Shown here one piece after another: positions 19,552 through 29,280 of a stretch of DNA of 64,000 bases. The notes beneath the pieces were generated by a model that searched no databases, had not been told where the DNA came from, and was given only the letters and a program-made list of their open reading frames with translations. The stretch's first letter is position 1; each line of letters starts with the position of its first letter. This DNA is from a virus. The DNA lies in the IMG/VR virus record IMGVR_UViG_3300021371_000004, positions 35,049 to 99,048 of that record. One strand, given 5' to 3'. The position numbers were made by a program, and so were the translations under genes.

Positions 19552-20294
19552 AATTTTATTTTACTCAGGTCTCTTTCTATTCTAGAGGAAAGGTGGACAA
19601 GTACTGCGTTATCCCTCGGCCAATCTGTTACATTTAGACTCGCCCAGTGGTTCCACCGAAGGTTATCTTTAAAACCTTCGACGATAAGGGGTTTGTATTT
19701 AGGTTCCTTGTTCACCAACCACCAAAGGGTGAACTGGTCCCAACGCGCCAGACTCTTTGGGTAGAGTTCATAGTCAAATTGCCCATTTTCGTTAATAGGC
19801 CACCAGTCTCCGTTATGCTGCTGTACATATTTATCATACCATTCTTGCATAAACTGCATGACAAGTTCAGACTTACGGTAAAGGCAGACCCCGCCGCACA
19901 GTTCAAAGGTTCCTCCAGGAAACTCAACCTCAGCGAATATATGCCAGTGTTCTCTTTGCAGTTTAGCGAAAACCATATCTGCTTCGCCCAACTCGTCAAA
20001 CACCTTAGATATGTCTTCGTGCATAACTTCCATATCAACGTCGAGATAGAAGGTTGTGTCCCATGGGGTGTTTGCCATGCCCCAAAGTTTCGCCCTGACA
20101 TGGTCATCGCAGAAAATAACTTTGTCAGCCTCATCTGCCCTGTGATCAAGAAACCTTTCCTCGGTCACCAAGCAGATATTTGCTTCGGGGTGGAAGTCTC
20201 TTATTCCTTCGATTAGGTTGCATGCCCAACTGTAGTAGATTTCTTTAGTGGAAGCGACCAGGAGATATCCTTCGGACTTTTTACTCGGCATCAT
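19548..20294 (-). CDS. GT-A fold glycosyltransferase
   Basis: TPWDTTFYLDVD (DxD), GGV, WDQF and terminal H motifs; likely start at 20294. Confidence 0.75.
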   Translation of the reverse strand: MMPSKKSEGYLLVASTKEIYYSWACNLIEGIRDFHPEANICLVTEERFLDHRADEADKVIFCDDHVRAKLWGMANTPWDTTFYLDVDMEVMHEDISKVFDELGEADMVFAKLQREHWHIFAEVEFPGGTFELCGGVCLYRKSELVMQFMQEWYDKYVQQHNGDWWPINENGQFDYELYPKSLARWDQFTLWWLVNKEPKYKPLIVEGFKDNLRWNHWASLNVTDWPRDNAVLVHLSSRIERDLSKIKL

Positions 20295-20751
20295 AAGTGA
20301 CAAAACCGATTCCATTTTCTTCCATCATAATAAGTTGTGCGTACATGTACAACTCAACTTGCGTCTTGGACCTACGCAACTTCTTCTTGAGTTCTTTGTT
20401 TTTTGTTTTAGAGATGCATTCTATTTCTAGAATTTTTATCTTTGAATTGAACAGGTGTTCTAGATCTCGAGCAGATTCTTCAGACTTCTTTCTGGCGAGG
20501 TGCAGCTGCCTTTCATTTTCCTTCCTTTCCTTTCTTTCTTTGGTGTTAGAATCAATCTTTTCGATTCCCAAAGAATCTATCAGTTCTTCATAGTCTGCGT
20601 TGACCGCGCCTTGCGGAGAAAATTTGCGGACGGTCAAGACCTGTGTAATTTTTCTCCCATCATCATCCTCAATATTGAGGATTGCCTCGGCGACCTCTTT
20701 AGTATCATTGTGCCAAAATGCATTATCCTGCCAAGTTCTTTTCGAGGCCAC
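20281..20751 (-). CDS. Hypothetical protein (possible fibre assembly chaperone)
   Basis: 156-aa ORF with charged helical C-half, downstream of a fibre-like gene. Confidence 0.65.
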   Translation of the reverse strand: MASKRTWQDNAFWHNDTKEVAEAILNIEDDDGRKITQVLTVRKFSPQGAVNADYEELIDSLGIEKIDSNTKERKERKENERQLHLARKKSEESARDLEHLFNSKIKILEIECISKTKNKELKKKLRRSKTQVELYMYAQLIMMEENGIGFVTYDAE

Positions 20752-20791
20752 GTTAAATCTCCATAATTAACTGTTACTGATTATATGTATA

Positions 20792-22714
20792 TTACTCTGA
20801 AACTTTGACCCACAGAGTATATGAGTTTATTGTTTCTGTTGGATTCGTCACAGTACTGCCATCATACGAAATAGTGAACTGTTCTGTGAAACTTGCGTTC
20901 GAATATCCAGTATACTGTCCAGTGAAATTACCTGTGTACGGAACCTGTATTATTGACGGTCTTTGTATAGGTGTTGGTCCGGTGTATTGTCCATCAAACT
21001 GACGTTCTCCGGTGTATTGTCCGTCAAAGGTTCTCTGTCCGGTGTACGGCGACAACCATTGGCGTTGTCCATCAAACTGACGTTCTCCAGCAAAGGGGCG
21101 GTTGACCTGTATAGTACCATAGGTGGTCAAGTATACAACGAAGTACTGCGTGTATTGACCCGTAAACTGGCGAGTTCCCGCGTACGAGACCACCCTGGAG
21201 AAGTATCCAGTACCAATGTAGTACCGGGCGAAGGATTTGTTAACAAGTTGATACTTTCCCGAACCTTGGAACCCGCGTCCGCCAAGGAAACCATTGAAGT
21301 AACTTGCTGTCACATAGTTTATGAACCTGTTCGCGTCTATTCGAAGGTACTGTCCGGTATAATATCTCACATAAGCGGCAGGACCGGAGCGGTTGATGTA
21401 GATCAGGAAATTTTGTAAAGGTCCTTCGAAGGATCGATTGGCCTGCGCAGTGATGATGTATTTGTCTTCACCATAGGACGTTGTGTTTACTTGTTTGTAG
21501 ACATCAACAAACCTTGTATATTGTCCGGCATAGTTTGTTTGTTTTTGATGTACAATTTCTTTTTGCACTGAACCGGCAAATAGAGAATTAGTTCCTTTTT
21601 GAAAGTTTGTCCTAAACCCGTCAAATTGGGTCTGACGAAAACCATCGTATTGTATCGGCGTAGGTTCTTGTCGAATACTGGTATATTCTCCATCGTACTG
21701 AGCACTATATTCCTCTACTCTGGTGGAACCGTCTATTGGTTCACTGTTGTATTGTAAGTTTTCTACGGTGTTTCTTGTGTCAAGTATTGTGCCTCTCTCC
21801 GACCAAACGCCCGTTTCTCCTTCGCCATTCGGTGTTTCGTTATCCACCAAAAGTCTATACCTACCGATGTCAGTATACTTTCTTGCATGGCGCACACACT
21901 GAGTTATTGCTATACTTTCTTCAGAGCTGGACAATTGTCGAAGACTGACCCCAGTTCCGGTTGTGTCTATTACGGCGAGTCCGTATCCTGTTCCCACAAG
22001 GTCGCCCACATCGAGTGCAGGGGTAGAAGGGTATGGGGTGCCAGTAAGGGGTGTGTTGTTGATAACAGATTCTTCTAAAGAAGAGTTTGCCAACTTTCTC
22101 CAAAGACTGTATCTGGTTGTTCCTCCAGCAGTCTCGTCTTGATATACCTGGTCATTCCACATTTCCCAAGTTCCGTCGGTAGGGGAATTTAATGCAAGAC
22201 GAAAAGCACCAGCATACTCTTGATTGAGGTGTTCAGAGAGTATACGTTTACCGAACCTCACAATACTGTCTGAATCCATCTCACGAATGTCCCCATTACC
22301 ATCTTGGTAACACAAGCGGAGGTCGGGGTCGGGATAGTTCATTCGCGGTTTAGTGGTCGCAGAATCGGTGCTCTGTTTAATAGAACGACCAGTTGTTTGA
22401 ATTGTTAGGGTAGTTCCGTTATGCCCCTCATGATCACCCACAGCGTTGTCATAATTGGTGTTAGTATATGTGCCGATGTTGATGTTATCCATACTGGTGT
22501 CGACAGTGGTGCCGAGGTATGCGTCAAGAGAACCGTGATAGTTCCTGTCACCAGAAGCAGGTTTTGGATATTGAGAAAGAAGATACTCCTCCGCGATAGA
22601 AGAATAATGTTTCTCTACTATTTCATCAAGGGGCCAGAGCGTATCAACCGGCGTCGACAACGATCCATTAAGTGTGGTCGATATCGCCAGAGGTGTATCA
22701 GAATCAGTTCTCAT
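20792..22714 (-). CDS. Putative virion fibre protein with aromatic Y/F-x-G repeats
   Basis: C-half has repeated YTGQ/FDGQ units. Confidence 0.7.
   Translation of the reverse strand: MRTDSDTPLAISTTLNGSLSTPVDTLWPLDEIVEKHYSSIAEEYLLSQYPKPASGDRNYHGSLDAYLGTTVDTSMDNINIGTYTNTNYDNAVGDHEGHNGTTLTIQTTGRSIKQSTDSATTKPRMNYPDPDLRLCYQDGNGDIREMDSDSIVRFGKRILSEHLNQEYAGAFRLALNSPTDGTWEMWNDQVYQDETAGGTTRYSLWRKLANSSLEESVINNTPLTGTPYPSTPALDVGDLVGTGYGLAVIDTTGTGVSLRQLSSSEESIAITQCVRHARKYTDIGRYRLLVDNETPNGEGETGVWSERGTILDTRNTVENLQYNSEPIDGSTRVEEYSAQYDGEYTSIRQEPTPIQYDGFRQTQFDGFRTNFQKGTNSLFAGSVQKEIVHQKQTNYAGQYTRFVDVYKQVNTTSYGEDKYIITAQANRSFEGPLQNFLIYINRSGPAAYVRYYTGQYLRIDANRFINYVTASYFNGFLGGRGFQGSGKYQLVNKSFARYYIGTGYFSRVVSYAGTRQFTGQYTQYFVVYLTTYGTIQVNRPFAGERQFDGQRQWLSPYTGQRTFDGQYTGERQFDGQYTGPTPIQRPSIIQVPYTGNFTGQYTGYSNASFTEQFTISYDGSTVTNPTETINSYTLWVKVSE
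20979..21088. repeat. 30-bp (10-aa) tandem repeats, YTGERQFDGQ type
   Basis: ccggtgtattgtcc and ttgtccatcaaactgacgttctcc are each repeated. Confidence 0.8.
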
Positions 22715-22722
22715 TTAAAACC

Positions 22723-23382
22723 TTATGGGTTTAACAACGTGCCAGATGCATCATATATATTAGGTATACGGGCGTTTACCTCATCAATTGCGCCATGTAC
22801 CGTGTTGGCAGATATTTCAGTGCTGGTTATACTACCAGTGCCCGAAGATGGCAGAGTGACCGAACCATAGAACTCCGCGTTGGCGTCAGTGAATCTGAGG
22901 GCATTCGTACCGCTTGCGCCTGACCGAATCCTTAATTGACCTGACGCGTTGGTGGAGAGTTGTCCAAAGTTGACCCCATTATCTCGTAGTACGATGTCAT
23001 TGCCTGTTGCATCAAGGACGATATCGTTTGGGGTGATAATCTGGAAAGTTCCAGAGGCATTGATTCTGTTGGCACTGGCATCAAACACTGTTTCTATTTC
23101 ATTGACAGCAGCAACCAAGCTGGACTTATCGGTGGTGGCCAGGGATGACAGAACACCTATGTCGCCATCAAGTTCATTGATGGCGTCGACCAAAGATTTG
23201 CCTGTGGTCGTCAAACCAGAAAGTTCGAAAGAAGAACCGGAGAGGGGTCCAAATGCAGAATCGAGGTATGCAAGGTCAGAGTCTAACTGAGTTCTTCCAA
23301 GGTTGAGTTTATCTACCAGTTGCTGGAAAGTGTCCGTGTTCTGATATATTGGTTGCGCTTTTGGTTGCCATTCGATAGTCAT
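22723..23382 (-). CDS. Tail fibre-like protein
   Basis: DTFQQLVDKLN N-terminus and three copies of an LxTTxKxLVxAINE-type fibre repeat. Confidence 0.75.
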   Translation of the reverse strand: MTIEWQPKAQPIYQNTDTFQQLVDKLNLGRTQLDSDLAYLDSAFGPLSGSSFELSGLTTTGKSLVDAINELDGDIGVLSSLATTDKSSLVAAVNEIETVFDASANRINASGTFQIITPNDIVLDATGNDIVLRDNGVNFGQLSTNASGQLRIRSGASGTNALRFTDANAEFYGSVTLPSSGTGSITSTEISANTVHGAIDEVNARIPNIYDASGTLLNP

Positions 23383-23383
23383 G

Positions 23384-23611
23384 TTATCTTCCTACGAGTT
23401 CTTTTATCAGTTCTTTTAGTTCTGTTATTTCTGATTTGAGATTAGAGACTTCTGCCTCGATACTTTCCTTTCGCGCTTCCTCAAGAATACGATTCTCCTT
23501 GCGCTTTCGAGCAAGGAGAATCTCTTCTTCGTTCGTATTTATAACAGTCCCCGTTTCTGGGTTCTTATATAATCCAGAACCACCATCAACCTTTAGGTAA
23601 TCCCGAATCAT
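23384..23611 (-). CDS. Small coiled-coil protein following VrlC-like gene
   Basis: KVDG..GLYKNPETGTVIN plus C-terminal coiled coil. Confidence 0.75.
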   Translation of the reverse strand: MIRDYLKVDGGSGLYKNPETGTVINTNEEEILLARKRKENRILEEARKESIEAEVSNLKSEITELKELIKELVGR

Positions 23612-26600
23612 ATCAGAGCAATTGCCCTAATAGATTCGATAACAGGAGACTGACAAGTGTTGGATGATTTCAAAACCAACTTCACTTGAAAGGAAACAAA
23701 GTCCGGAAGGTCTCCGTTTTCTCCGCCAATGAGGTAACGATATTCACTGAAAGTCAGATCATCTTCATTATTAACCCAGACAGACTTCGCGGGGTCGTTT
23801 TGCGGAGTAACAAGTACCCAATCTTTCTGGTAAAGGTTTTCGTCTGCCTCAGCGCCAGTCCTATAATACAGGTCGAAATCTGCACTTGGGGGAACATACA
23901 TATCGCAAAGAACTTTAAGACCAGACGCTGCTTGTTGCAACTGAACAACCTTCGTTATGTGCTTAGAAGGACTGGTTCCCAGAGTTGGGTGCGTCTCCGC
24001 CACAAAGTTTGCTGGCTTGTTCTTAACGAGGGTTGCTGCTTCTCCCGCAGAATCAACTTGGTTATCGATAACGTTATTCATGACAATCATGCCAAGAGAC
24101 TGTGTATCGATGACAGGCGAAACGTCAGAAACATATCCATTACCAGCAGCAGATGCAGCCAGGGTTCCGCCGAAAGACGATATTTGATCGGAGAACAATT
24201 CTGCTCCGATGATTATCGAGGGCGCTGAATCATTCAGGTTCGCTATTTCAGAGTACTCTTGCTCGGCGTTGCCGACATACTTCGGAGTTTCAAAGTAGTG
24301 TGTCCCGCCATTTTCAAGGGAAGTTGTTTGGTTATCAATGTCAAACCTGGGGTCACTAACTCCAGTTGAAGAGATTTGAGAATGATTCACTCCGCTAACG
24401 AATGAACCGGAATATTTGATTCCGCAACGTTCGAATTGCATGTCTTGAAAGAGCAACGTGGCGTTATCTAAAGGCATTGCCCTGTTGGTCTCAATTGCGC
24501 TGGAACCAAATGACCCAGAACTGTCAAAACTCCCAGAAGAAAGTGCAACATAGTAACCGTTCACATCAGGGTCAACAACCTCATTGGATGCATCGGAGAT
24601 AACAGAAGAAGTAATTCCTTTGTAAGTTCCTGAAGGAAGACCTTCCATCGAAACGAGGTCGCCCACGCCTAGTCCATGATTGGGGTGCTCGACCCTGAAT
24701 CGGGTGGGGTCGTCAGAATCTACGCTCAAAGAAGTACTGTAGTTGTGCATGTATTTCTCTAGAGGATTGTTATAGAAATTCGCTCCGCCAAGTTGTTTAA
24801 ATTTAGCGGTGTAGATACGGTACGTCAAATCTTGATTCTGTTTCGGGGTCCAGGTGGAACCGTTCTGCGAGAGAAACAAGGAACCCTTCGAGGGTTGTTT
24901 GTTGATCCTTCTGCCCGTTGAACCCAAACTCAAATCATATGTAGAAGCAACGTATGCTTCATAGTTGTCTGTCTCTGCGAGAAGAACAAATGCATACTCG
25001 TCGCCGGAGCGCAGATACACTGGTTCTTTGAACTTCATTTTAACAGGGCGTTCCAGAACTTTGCTTCTGCGATCGAGGTCGTACCCAGCAGCAAAGGTTG
25101 CATCATATGCGGAATCCGCGCTGATAAAGACTGAGTGCTGTTCGCTAATAGCGTCTCTGTCAGGAACACCATTATCAACGCTCCTAATCTGGAGTTGAAG
25201 AGGTATCGCGAGGTCAGTACCGCCTTTGTTTGATGTTATTGGCGTTTTGTGTAAGAAAATATCAATTTCCGTTACAAAGACGCCAGGAACCCCAGAACCT
25301 CCATCTACAGTAAATGTCTGGGCAAGGGGATCCCTTGGTTGCCACATACCCCAGTTGACAGTGTTTGTCGTACTCGTAGAAATAGTATCGCTTCTCGATT
25401 CCAGAGTGCTCCTGAAGGCGATTGTTCTGGTTGTCTTGAGTTCCCGTTGCCTCACATTAACATTACCCTGAGCGGTGTATGTGGAACGCGCCATAGAAAG
25501 GGCATTCCCTTCCTTGTCGATAGAAACATCTAAAAGTTTAACAGGCAGTGTTCCGCATCGAAACTTCCAACCGGTCGCGTTCAAAGCATTGACAGACTTC
25601 ACAGAACCGTATTCTTTCGCATTCCTTCTACTGTTCTTCTGCCATTGTTCCCACTCTTTAACAGAATTGAACCGAGAAGATTTTGGCACAGGTACAGCAG
25701 CGTTATTGGGTATCCACAACTCAAAGTATAACTCGCCCCGTTCATCGGTAATGAGTTTCTGGGAAGCAGCATCAACATAAAATGGGTGGCGTACAATGTT
25801 CACATTGGAAGGAGAATATTCTTTCCTGTGTTGCCCGTTGTCTATATCTTGCTGCCATGCAGTCTTGGTTCGAACCTTCGTCCACTGCTGCATAGCAACA
25901 CCGTCCATGAATGCCCAGTAGCGAGTGTTTGGTCGCAAACCTTCTGCCATGGCATATACACGTCTTTGGCGCATAAACGGAACAGAAAGAATAGCAACTC
26001 TCTTGTCGCCGACAACCGTTGTGGCAGAGGTATCGGAAACCAACTCGTTTCGTACCCTTTGGGTCAATCGAACAACCGAGGTGGTTGTCGTAGTTACCCT
26101 TCTCTGTTGGAACCAGCGTCCACTCCACCGACCACCACCAGCGTTTCTTGTACGCGAAGAAGTTCTGGAAAATGTTGTTGTACGTGGGATGACAGGTTCG
26201 CCGACTCTACGGAAAATCAACTCAGCATTTGTTTGTTTGTCGGGCAACCTTCTGTTGTCGAACCATATGTCTCGAGCAGGGTTCAGTCGAAGAACACCTT
26301 CTCCCATAAACACGTTGAATGGGTTTACGTTATAGTAACCACTTTCTTCGTAGTCGGCACCTGGACCTTTCCAAGAGATCATCTCCTGTTTCATCGTTGG
26401 GTCGAGAACGCTGACATAGTCTAGCATTACGTTGTCGCCGGCAACCTTGGTGTTTTCTGCAGTAACAGGTCTTCGGGAAGATTGTGTTATGCCGTTCTTG
26501 TCTAATACAAACCCTACGTTTTCTTGGGCGAGTTTACTATGCATAGTAAAATTGCCCTCGTCGAGAGAAGAAGTTGCGAAGGAAGCATCGTCAATGAATT

Positions 26601-29268
26601 CGTTTTCAATCGTGGAAGCAGTGAATGCAACTCCTTTTGAAAAGTCGTCGACAAAGAAACCAGTCTTACTTCGAATTTCTCCAGAGGAATTCAACTCAAC
26701 AAGGTTGGCCGCTTCATTTTCGAGCGTGGATAACGAAACAGTTTCTTCCAATTGCGAAACACGTTTGCTAATCTCGTTAATGTCTGTCATTTTGTAAGAA
26801 CGATAAGTCCTGCGATTGAACCCGATGTCGGTGACACCCTTGGTGTTACCGCGCATCAATACATCAAACAGAACCATCTCGTTCACCTTCTCAGAAGGTG
26901 CGGTTGGTTGTAGTGCCTCTTCTCCTGAATTAACTACAACAAGTGCCTTCAAGTTTTCGTCGTAAGTCACAGCAATGTGGTCTATTCGATTGTTATAAAA
27001 ATCGACATTATAATTGATGTTGGATCCATCCAGAGGCATTTCAAACCTTTGAGCGGAATTTGAGGTGTCGCTCAATGGATCTAGCGTAGGACGAAAGTCT
27101 AAGCAGTTATGCAGTTCCAGTACTTCTCCAGTTGCCTTAGAAGTATAAGAAGGAATATCTCCATAAGAGAAAAAGTCTGAATCCAATTGATAGGAATTGA
27201 CAGAAAAGTAATCTCCCGATGTACCGTGTTCGAAGTAACCAACTTTGCAGTAGACTGTATTCACCGAAGAACTTATTCCGTCTGGACGGAGAACTGTCGG
27301 AGCATAATAGTTGTCGCGTGCGCCACCATCAAATTCTAAAGCGTCTCCATAGTCTTCAGATCCATTAGCACTATCTTTCGCTTCTAGGAGTTCAACTCCG
27401 TCATACAGCGAGGTAAAGGCAAAGTGTTCGCCGGAAGAATCGAATGTCCTTGTTGCGGTGAAGTAATCTTCTCGGTAAATTTTACTCCTAACGGCAGGGG
27501 CATTTTTCTGGACAAGATAGAAAACTCGATAAGTATTGCCGTTGATGCCACTAGTGGTTACTGTTGCGGTTTTTCCGACAATAGAGATATTGCCGGTCGG
27601 GATGTCGTCCACAGAATTGGTTGCCTGGTTTATGAACAACCATTGACCCTCGTTGATCAGGTCTTCGTCAGATCCACATGTGATAGTTATTTCGTTACCT
27701 ATTGCGTTGATTGCCAAATACCTTTGGACAGTAACCTCTGTAGGAACGATTTGTTTAACCCTTCCTCCTGGGATCTCGAACAAGGAGGTGTTCACCGTGG
27801 GATCGGTGAGGTAGAGGTTGCCGTCTTCTAGAACAGGTACAATCCCGCCAGAGACTTCGTCGTATGCCCTAATTGTTCTCGTGTCCCTAAAATTATTGGA
27901 ACCATCCATCTTAACATCATAAAGGTGTACCCGATATGAATCACTATCGGCAGTATTCCTGTTGACAATGGACTTCATTCTGGCACTACCGATTATATCG
28001 CCGCCAGTATTGATGAGGTTCAATTTCTTCTGAGTTGCCAGTCCATTCGTTAACTTTAAAGAACCGAGGGAATTGTCCTTTGCTGCTTGATCTTCTCCCG
28101 CAAAAGAAACATAGTTCTTGTATCCAGTTTGCAGAGTTTGATTCGAAATAGAAGTGAAAGATTTAGGTTTAGCAGAATTGAACTGTACAGGAACTTGATG
28201 CTCAAGACGATAACCATCGAGGTATGCGATGGGATTAGAACCCAATTGGTTAGCAGGTATCTCATAAACCATGTTGGCGGAGTCGTCGCCTTCGAAAAAC
28301 TGTACATCAAAATCATTTACGATGAAGTTGCCGTGTGTATCAGAGTGGCGTGTCGCCATTCGTTTTTCTAATTGGTTGAAATTATCGGTTCCGCCCTTTA
28401 TCTGTACAATCTTTGAGGCACGAACGGAAGCAAATGTAACGAAGTCTTCGGGGTCTGCAACCTGATCCCTGGTCGACAAAAACATCTGTATTCGATATCG
28501 GTCTGCTCCTGGGGAAGAAAGGTTTGGTCGACTGCCTTGGTTGTCATAAAGGTCTTCAGTATCTGCCGTTGTCACTATGTCTTGCACAACAAGGAAACCC
28601 ACCTCGGCGTCTACGTTGTCGATATACTTTCCTATAACAATGGTTTGCTTGGGTGCATAGACAAAGTGTCCCTGCACATAGAACTCGGCACTCTGCATAG
28701 AAAAGAGAACGCCCTTTCCGGTGGAAGTTATCGAGGAACCAATTGGTTGGGTTCTAACGACAAGCGCAGGAAGATTGCCGTCAACTTCCGTCAGGTCTTC
28801 TGCCTCCGAAAAGACCGGAGTAGATGTTTGAACGTCCGTAGAACTGGAAGACTGCTCAGAAGAAACATACTTACCGTACAGGGTGGGGTAGTCAGAACCA
28901 GATGCGTCAACAACATACGATACTTGGAACTTGAGTCCAGAAGTTCCTGTTTTGGCCGTTCCGTAGAAAGTTTTGCCGATGAAATCGGAAGCAGTTAAAC
29001 CAGACGTGAGGTTAAGCGATTCTACAATGACGTAGTCGACAATGTCTGTTCCTGCGCCAGAAGATTTCGGCGTTACAGCAGCACCATCTTGAAAGATGTT
29101 GTTTGCCATTCGGGTAATTTGTTTCTGCAGAATAGTCTGCAACTGGTTGAGTTCCCTTCCTTGGAGATATCTACCAGAGTTGAACAAGACTTTATGGTAA
29201 CCATCACTGTCACTATAGTCGTCTTTATATACACCCGAAAATGTAGTCCCTGTAAACTGATTAGGCAT
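23608..29268 (-). CDS. Large virion structural protein (VrlC/DUF4815-like)
   Basis: YKDDY...HKVLFNSGRYLQGRELNQLQTILQ, PGADRY, KTGFFVDDF, DPLAQTF and GSLFLSQNGSTWTP motifs. Confidence 0.9.
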   Translation of the reverse strand: MPNQFTGTTFSGVYKDDYSDSDGYHKVLFNSGRYLQGRELNQLQTILQKQITRMANNIFQDGAAVTPKSSGAGTDIVDYVIVESLNLTSGLTASDFIGKTFYGTAKTGTSGLKFQVSYVVDASGSDYPTLYGKYVSSEQSSSSTDVQTSTPVFSEAEDLTEVDGNLPALVVRTQPIGSSITSTGKGVLFSMQSAEFYVQGHFVYAPKQTIVIGKYIDNVDAEVGFLVVQDIVTTADTEDLYDNQGSRPNLSSPGADRYRIQMFLSTRDQVADPEDFVTFASVRASKIVQIKGGTDNFNQLEKRMATRHSDTHGNFIVNDFDVQFFEGDDSANMVYEIPANQLGSNPIAYLDGYRLEHQVPVQFNSAKPKSFTSISNQTLQTGYKNYVSFAGEDQAAKDNSLGSLKLTNGLATQKKLNLINTGGDIIGSARMKSIVNRNTADSDSYRVHLYDVKMDGSNNFRDTRTIRAYDEVSGGIVPVLEDGNLYLTDPTVNTSLFEIPGGRVKQIVPTEVTVQRYLAINAIGNEITITCGSDEDLINEGQWLFINQATNSVDDIPTGNISIVGKTATVTTSGINGNTYRVFYLVQKNAPAVRSKIYREDYFTATRTFDSSGEHFAFTSLYDGVELLEAKDSANGSEDYGDALEFDGGARDNYYAPTVLRPDGISSSVNTVYCKVGYFEHGTSGDYFSVNSYQLDSDFFSYGDIPSYTSKATGEVLELHNCLDFRPTLDPLSDTSNSAQRFEMPLDGSNINYNVDFYNNRIDHIAVTYDENLKALVVVNSGEEALQPTAPSEKVNEMVLFDVLMRGNTKGVTDIGFNRRTYRSYKMTDINEISKRVSQLEETVSLSTLENEAANLVELNSSGEIRSKTGFFVDDFSKGVAFTASTIENEFIDDASFATSSLDEGNFTMHSKLAQENVGFVLDKNGITQSSRRPVTAENTKVAGDNVMLDYVSVLDPTMKQEMISWKGPGADYEESGYYNVNPFNVFMGEGVLRLNPARDIWFDNRRLPDKQTNAELIFRRVGEPVIPRTTTFSRTSSRTRNAGGGRWSGRWFQQRRVTTTTTSVVRLTQRVRNELVSDTSATTVVGDKRVAILSVPFMRQRRVYAMAEGLRPNTRYWAFMDGVAMQQWTKVRTKTAWQQDIDNGQHRKEYSPSNVNIVRHPFYVDAASQKLITDERGELYFELWIPNNAAVPVPKSSRFNSVKEWEQWQKNSRRNAKEYGSVKSVNALNATGWKFRCGTLPVKLLDVSIDKEGNALSMARSTYTAQGNVNVRQRELKTTRTIAFRSTLESRSDTISTSTTNTVNWGMWQPRDPLAQTFTVDGGSGVPGVFVTEIDIFLHKTPITSNKGGTDLAIPLQLQIRSVDNGVPDRDAISEQHSVFISADSAYDATFAAGYDLDRRSKVLERPVKMKFKEPVYLRSGDEYAFVLLAETDNYEAYVASTYDLSLGSTGRRINKQPSKGSLFLSQNGSTWTPKQNQDLTYRIYTAKFKQLGGANFYNNPLEKYMHNYSTSLSVDSDDPTRFRVEHPNHGLGVGDLVSMEGLPSGTYKGITSSVISDASNEVVDPDVNGYYVALSSGSFDSSGSFGSSAIETNRAMPLDNATLLFQDMQFERCGIKYSGSFVSGVNHSQISSTGVSDPRFDIDNQTTSLENGGTHYFETPKYVGNAEQEYSEIANLNDSAPSIIIGAELFSDQISSFGGTLAASAAGNGYVSDVSPVIDTQSLGMIVMNNVIDNQVDSAGEAATLVKNKPANFVAETHPTLGTSPSKHITKVVQLQQAASGLKVLCDMYVPPSADFDLYYRTGAEADENLYQKDWVLVTPQNDPAKSVWVNNEDDLTFSEYRYLIGGENGDLPDFVSFQVKLVLKSSNTCQSPVIESIRAIALI

Positions 29269-29280
29269 TCTTAATATCCT

